A model generated the notes under the pieces. It had not been told where the DNA came from. It ran no database searches and saw nothing but the letters and a program-made list of their open reading frames with translations. Made by a program: the position numbers and the translations under genes. A DNA stretch of 57,265 nt, the filler included, from Sphacelaria rigidula (Eukaryota), in assembly GCA_964200075.2 (NCBI GenBank). It is 7 parts of 7 records of this genome, joined end to end, with 100 filler letters (N's around TTAATTAATTAA, not from the genome) between each part and the next. Parts side by side here need not be neighbours in the genome. Positions count along the whole stretch, not along the records: positions 49,171 to 57,265 come from CAXNAA020012323.1; 6 more parts are not named here. One strand, given 5' to 3'. Below are positions 50,351 to 57,265 of the stretch, piece by piece. Numbering within the stretch: position 1 is the stretch's first letter; each line of letters opens with the position of its first letter.

Positions 50351-53300
50351 CTGTGCCGAGCGAAGGGGCAAGCGCGGACTGAGGAGTAACTTAACGGAAC
50401 CTATTCGAAGCGGCACGGTATATTTGTAGGCCTTGTGGACTGCCGCCAGTTACTTGCCCTCACATTTGGTGGCCGCTATAAATCTTGTGAGTGCACCTGT
50501 TTCTCGGCTATGCTTCCGACTCCTGCACAACTATTAGACAGTACGGCATGCAGCTTCAGCACCCAAATTCAGCGCACTCCAAACTCAAACAAACGTTCAT
50601 GTCTCGCGAATGGCTGACATTCCCCATCAGTTGAAACAGACTATTCTTTCATCTGGTACTGGCTCCCAATCAAAGGTCGTTGTGAGTGTTGGTTCGGAAA
50701 ATTGATTCAAGAAGGATGGAAAATGTGGATGCTGTTCTTCGCTTCCTTTCCACGGTGGACAGGAAGTCCTGCATTGCTGCACTGGCGCAACTCTCAACTT
50801 ATAGTGGCGCCTCTTATGCGTTACTTGTTGCTTGCATTTAGTACAATTCCTTCCAAATCCGTGAGACTCAACACAAGAATAGTCGACACATGAACTCAAA
50901 AACGTCACCATACCCGCATTTTGAACTCGAGTCCAGATTTTACGGGAGTGGAGAACGCGTTCTAGCTCCTCACATCTTTTCACGTTGACAGTGCTTCACT
51001 TTACTCGAACCAACAGTATGTACACTGTCATAGAGGGACTGAGACATGTTGGCCGCGAGCCAGGGAGACGAACCAATGCAGTGATGAGGGAATAGCTGAG
51101 CTTTTAGTGCCCCAGAGAACGCGCGGCACTCGATAGGCTGGTTCATGGTGAACGACCAGAAGTCACTCCTCAGCGATTTCTCACGCCGGTTTTCCGAGTA
51201 AGACCCCAAACATGTGCTTACGAGTGCTCTAGGATATTCAGAAACTCTGTACGCACGGCGTGTCCCCCCTTCATTTTTCGCCAGATAGCCGGGGTCCCAG
51301 GAGGCGGTTTCAGCCATTGCCTCTCAGGAACTCGGACATCTGGCGGAAAAAAAAACGAAACACCCCGTTCATAGAGATATTCCAACTATCGAAAACCATC
51401 CGTGTGCAATTTTTCAGCGTCAATCTTGAAGTCCAGTGTGAGAAATCGCTCGTATGTGTTTTGGAACATGAAAATCCACGTAGAATCCCCCTCACTACTT
51501 GCTTGTACTATGCTACCGACATTTACCAAGTGCGCTTGAGCTTGTATCGACCGTTTGGGATCAGCGTTCCGAGCTGCGCAACGAAACGCCTCACAACCTT
51601 TACTTGGACTACCTCGGGGCGAGTCGATTTGGATTTTGAGGCAATCTGTACAGACTTTTGGGGTCTTCATGCTGGGACCCCCGGAAGCCGGTGGAGAACG
51701 GATAAGTTTTGAAATATTCATGGGTATTATACAAAAAGGGCACGTCCTAATATTTTTGCAACAACAAGGGCCACGCATTTTTCGGTTTGGAGCGCATCGC
51801 TACACGCGGGCTGAACACCTCCAAAACACGTTCCAGCGCCTCAGCCCTACTCCCAAGGTGTCTGGGCAGCATGCCCGGCCATTTTTTATTTTTTCACAAG
51901 TGGTGATAGGCTTAACTACGACGCCGAAAAGGAGAGCCTGTGAGAGAACCCTTTTTCGGAAATAAACCACGATGGTACACCCTGCTCTTGATAAGAAAAT
52001 GATTTCTTGCTCTTTTTTGTTCACGTGTGCACCTTTTCATGCTCAAATGCGTACCTTTATTTACCCTTTTGTGTGAAGTAGTGACCGTACCGCCGGCTCC
52101 GCAGAAGATCGCGAAAAGTCACGACCATACCCATTTTTTGTGAAATTACACCCCGTCACAAAGGCCGAAACCCAACGAACAAGAAATTGTGGCCCTCTCC
52201 TGGTTGAACCGCAGACCCGGAAGGTCCGACGATTCATACAGGACGCGAACGCTTGTGTGCCGGAGCTCACAAAGGCCCGACGAGCATTTGTGAAAAAATC
52301 TTGCCGACGCACACACGCCCGACCGGCATCATGTGACGTCACCACGTTGAATATCACACCGTGGCGGGATCTGAAATTTGCGGATCGGGACCAAAGCTCA
52401 CAGTCCCGACGAACCCCCGACCGGTTCTCATCCTGCAGTATGTGTGCAGATTCAATGTGTGTTGTATGTCTTCGCTGGAAACAACGTCAAGGAACAGTCG
52501 TCGGGCCTTCGCTCTAAACCGTACGACAGCGTGATGGCGGTTACTAAGATTTGATTTGTGATGAGATTGCGTAGAAACTGTTGAAAATTAGAATTTTGAA
52601 TTTCACAACCATTTGAAGGCCCTCGATTGGCCGGGAAACATTTTCACGACTAGCACCACGGCAATGGGCACAAGAAAAACTCTGGCCATGCCACACTGTT
52701 CGCTGTACGCCACAAACGCTCTTCCTTTCTCGTGCATTGGACTCTTCCTCGTAATCGGCACGTTCACAAATAACCAATTATTCACCGTTTAACTGGTTGA
52801 TGGTTAGACAAACCATATCCGAGCTCTAGTGTGATGTATTTGTTGTTGCCACACACATAGCAAAACACTACACCAAACCTTTGGTGCACTGCTGTTTTTC
52901 TCCTTACCCAACTGGTTCGAAGATGGCCACATGAAACGTGTGCGTAGCCCGACGATTGTCGCGATATACATCACCTTTGCTGCCTGCATCGGAGATCGCA
53001 TGGTGAGACTACCCCCCGGTTCAGCGGCTGCCACGTAAATTTTACTATTTCCTTCGGGTTCAGGGGCGGTCTTGCAAGCTTTCACTGTTGCCGTCCGATT
53101 CAAAGATGACTATTTGAGGGTCGTATCTGCTTCGTGCACGGTCCTGTGAGAGCATGCTCTGCAACAGGGAATCACGTGGAATATTCATCGTTTTCGAGCA
53201 GCTGAAACGGGTAAAGTCGCCCGTTTTCAGTCTTCAGCATCGGTATTTCTTTCGAAAACAACGGCGAAATTGGATAATTTGTCTCGTTTACATATTTCCC

Positions 53301-55326
53301 CCCATCCCCAGTATTTCTCGTCAAAACCGGTTCTACAACATGGAGTCACACAATATCTAGCGACAGCGCCAAGAAGGTTCTCGATTTGGTTCATCTGCCC
53401 CGACGAGGACAGAAAGTCAGCAACGACAAACCGAGCTTCTTCGGAGACATCGGTTCTGCACCTTCGTATCCAATTTAGCACCACAGTTCGCTGTTTTTGC
53501 AACCAAAAAGGAGCCGGAAACAACGAACATTCACCCCTACTTGCCATGCTCCCCACCACTAGATTATTGTACGATACGACACATGTTTAAAAAGCAAACT
53601 CGACAGCCAACCTGTCTCAAATTGTGACTGGTAGCAAGACTCAACGAAGGACAGAATCACCACCGCTCGGAGGCAGCTACGACCAGCTTCTCATTCCTGT
53701 CAACATTCTTTGGACCAACACAATCAGCAGCTCCCGATTCCACGTTTTCGTGACTGAATTGTGTTTGCGCACAAGCTCGACAAGAACAAAATCACTCGTA
53801 GTTAACGCTCCCGAGATATGCATAGAAAGTAACCCATGTCGGGACGCACACAAGGACCTCAGGTCTTGGCCCCAACACGGCCCACCATCACCTCCCGGCT
53901 GTGGTGCGACAAACGGAAATCAGTCACGACAAGTACTACTTCTGCAGTTGGGAGTGATGGGGATCCTATGTTCACGACGAATGTCTGAAACCCGTTTCAA
54001 CGACAACTTCACGGGAGAGCTAAAATAGGGATGCCGTTTGTTTCCAGGCTGTTGCAGTTTTTCTCTTGACTTGAAGGCTTCATGTTCTGATGCCCTTGGT
54101 TGGGCGATTCATTTGCGCAATCCTTTGTTCAACGTTTTGAGCAACAAGGAAACGCTTCGGAAGAATTTCAGGCACAACATGGTCATGTTTCCTCGTAGAT
54201 TTCACAGTTTTGCAACATTTAACATCTTTAAAGACCCCATAAGAGGAAATATCAATGAGAAACGTATCAATATCTCGTGCGATTCGCTATAGGCACGTTC
54301 ACTGCATCAAAACCCAGAGTTCCAATGAGAATAACGTCGAGGAGATGCAGACCTGTAGTGAATATCCCCGAAACCCACATATTTCCACGGCAAGTTAGAT
54401 TTCCTCGAGTGGCCATCTCGAAACCTATTTAGGTTCCGATCAAACTCAACTGTTACTTCGACTTCTCTCAGTGAGGTGCAAGTGTCCAAGGCGTGATGGT
54501 GATCTTTTTTATTCGAATCCGAAAACGGTATTACATTCTCCAGAAACAAAACGACATGGAGAGAAATCAAGTATCATCAGACGTGGCCCAGTATCGCCAA
54601 CAACCCAACATTTGCACACATCATTGCAACAGGCGCTCGACGTTGCTACGGGCAATAGGTTTAACAACTAAGATAACTCCGCCGGACATCAAAAACGGCC
54701 TACTTCCCTTGCTGCTGTATCTGAGTTACTATTCGAGTACGGTACCATGCGCTTTGCGGTCCACCGCCCGAGACTACAGTAGACACCGAGTGAAATCGAC
54801 AGGATATCACTATCAATATCCCCGCCGTGCAGAGATGCCGGTTCTGCTGAATAGAAGTACGCAGGTCTCCAACTACAGCCTTATTTGCAAATAATATGCA
54901 GTAGCCTAGAAGGGCACTGAATGCGGCCACAGCTTGATGAAAAAAAAGTTATCACGTCGCATGAAAATCACACGGGGTCATGTCGGAACCTGCAACATAC
55001 ATCGTTATGATCGCGATATCTTCTCTAGTTCGTGACGGCCAAAAAGCCCATGCCTCGAAAGCATCTCGCTGTGGTCAAACGACACACATGCATGCAACAG
55101 GGACGGCTCGCCCCGGGGTGTCCGACCAGAACAAACACACTTCACAGGTGAGGTGAACCAACGCACCTGTTACACAACGACTGCCATCTCCGAGTAGTGT
55201 GGTGTCGACAGTAGGGAAGAGGAAATTAGCATTTATGTCGGAGCCTGATAGAGCTCACCACACCACCAATCACGACGAAGGCATCAATCCTTTTCTACAC
55301 GCATCTTTCTCCGGGATTCCACATAC

Positions 55327-55398
55327 CTGACAGTTGATTATTGTCCAGGAGCAGCGTTTGAAGACGACCCAGACGACCGAGCTCTGGGGGGATGGCGC
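55327..55398 (-). CDS. 72-nt phase-1/1 exon encoding one 24-aa LRR
   Basis: CCTTTGCTCAG|GC GCC ATC...TCA G|GTATGT. Encodes GAIPPELGRLGRLQTLLLDNNQLS(G). This frame is not in the ORF track. Confidence 0.92.
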
Positions 55399-57191
55399 CT
55401 GAGCAAAGGAAGGGAGTCACGCAAACGGGGAAAAGGCGGAAGCACGGGTGACCACCTCTCACAGGCATCATGACAGCAAATGTCAGTCATTGCTCGCGGG
55501 TCGAATGTGCTCCTCCATGGCGCTGTTGTAAAATCATCAACGTTGTTTACCCGGTGTATGCCTGACACTTTGGTACCGCGGATTGAATAATGACCATCAC
55601 TACTCTCGCAACGCGTCGACTCTCGTCAGAATCCTTCCTGCTGCTACTCACGTCATCATGTTGTCGACGGCAGAAACCATACACGTTCTCGGAAATGAAA
55701 TATATATATATATATATCGGGATTCAAATCCTTGCGCCTGCTCTGACGGGTAATTCAATATTTGCCAGTGAGGCCAAAGAAGCCAAGTGACGACCATAAA
55801 ATACTTGCGGAAGACAGTATCCACATGCGCCTCGGGAAGCCTGGCTGCACTCTCCGAGAGGAGTTTCGCAGCACACTCTTCCAAACTTCCGTATGCCCAG
55901 CTGTACGTTTGGCCGGTAAAACGATTATTCCCCTTCCAAAACTCTAAGCTACACGATGGCAGTGTTTCTGCTTCGCTTTCGTGGGGCTCGTGGTTGAGAA
56001 CTCATACCGAAATAGTATGGCTCCAGGATAGTGGATCCGCAGTCTGCTTTCACGGCTTTTTGTTTTGTTCATATACAAAGCTCAACCGGGGAAAAACTCC
56101 GGGATTCGCTCATATTATCATGGAGCCAACCTCCTCGACTTGGGACCAAAAATTTTGACACACGTAATTGGTAGATTTCTTCCAGACGTCTGTATTTGAA
56201 CCCTTAGTTTAGCTTCGTGGAGATACGACTGACTTATGATCTTAAAGCTTAGCACTTGATTTGCAACTTACTTGCAGACACCTGTACTGCAACCGTGAAT
56301 TATTGTTGTCTCGTCGAGATAGGACCGACCACTCGAAGTGATCACTTCATTGATTGGTCGTACAGCGATATGCTCAGCTTGCCTCAACCCGATGGCGTTC
56401 AAAACATGTGACCATCAGCAACAATATGGTTTTTTCTGGCCGGCCCAGCTTGCATCCATGTGTTCTTCGCGGACGGCCCTCCTTCACATGAGGCGATGCT
56501 TCATGGGCCGGTCATTTCTGACTACATTTCATCAGTATTCATTGGGACCGATATTGGTTTCCCCCCCCCTTTTCACACAAATTCGTTTTTTCTACATACA
56601 CTTCCCGCTTCCAGGTTACAGCAAATGTTCCGATTCGTGTGCCTTGGGTACGTCCATGTTGTAACGGTTACATCGCTTGGGGATCAGTCCACGTGCCGCA
56701 ATCAATGCCAGCGATTCATCATAAAACCAATTTGCTACAGACCCAACCGTCCATTACGAAACAAAGCACGGTGTTTGAGAAATCATGTCTGGAGGTTTTA
56801 CTCGCGGCCGAGAAGTTCGTTACTTTCCCAGCTTTTGGAACGGGCCGGGATCTTCGGTCAGCAGTAGCTTTCTTGTTTTTTTCTTCCCCGGCAAACAGCC
56901 CTGATGACCTGCGTATGTTATAACAGCGTGGTCAGGTCTCATCGTGGGCCGCGTGGTAGCATCATCAGAACCATTACCCACACATGCTCCCCCGTCTGCG
57001 ACAACAAGGATACTTGAATCAGCAGACGCTAGACACAGTACTATCCTTGAGGGGCTTGGCGAGTACGTACACGTTGTTGCTTTATTCCCGCACGTTGACG
57101 GCAAATACTCCAATTTCGAAGGTGCGATAAGTGTGAGTCACGCATTTCTGGTCATTCGAGCATTTTTCATAATCTACAAGTATTTCTAAAG

Positions 57192-57265
57192 AACAGCCGA
57201 TCATCTATGTTGAGGATGCTGTTTTTAATTGAGGATGAGAACCCGGAGGATTAAAATCTTCGTAT
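57192..57265 (+). mobile_element. Left end of a second copy of the 290-732 foldback element
   Basis: AACAGCCGATCATC..TTGAGGATG..TTGAGGATGAGAACCCGGAGGATT..ATCTTCGTAT. Confidence 0.8.

Noticed and set aside
52908..52985. Third LRR exon (..SSNQLG|GTAAG)
   Set aside because: It is not 72 nt and lacks the GxIP and LxxLxL consensus.

Overview
This is not one contiguous locus. It is seven segments of exactly 8,095 bp joined by identical 100-bp artificial linkers (44 N + TTAATTAATTAA + 44 N), so adjacency across linkers has no biological meaning. The DNA is eukaryotic, about 50% GC, intron-rich and dense in repeats. A brown alga (Phaeophyceae) is the most likely source; this is an inference from the 72-nt single-LRR exons and the long repeat-filled introns. 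Almost all ORFs in the supplied track are spurious. Supportable coding features: (1) two isolated 72-nt phase-1 LRR exons, one of them missed by the ORF track; (2) one mitochondrial carrier (SLC25) exon; (3) a 2-3 exon coiled-coil gene fragment; (4) an unidentified terminal exon; (5) an open frame with a hexapeptide repeat; (6) a decayed LINE reverse transcriptase fragment; (7) multi-kb decayed minus-strand reading frames of unknown identity. The rest is tRNA-derived SINEs, many MITE/foldback elements (two nested inside adjacent SINEs, one of them a 98-bp piggyBac-like MITE), a 155-bp satellite with a dimeric higher-order structure, and a 42-bp minisatellite. I found no CRISPR array, rRNA or intact tRNA, and no clearly new multi-gene system. 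The best leads are the LRR exon modules, the unidentified decayed ORF block in segment 2, the satellite, and a palindromic core shared by unrelated MITEs.
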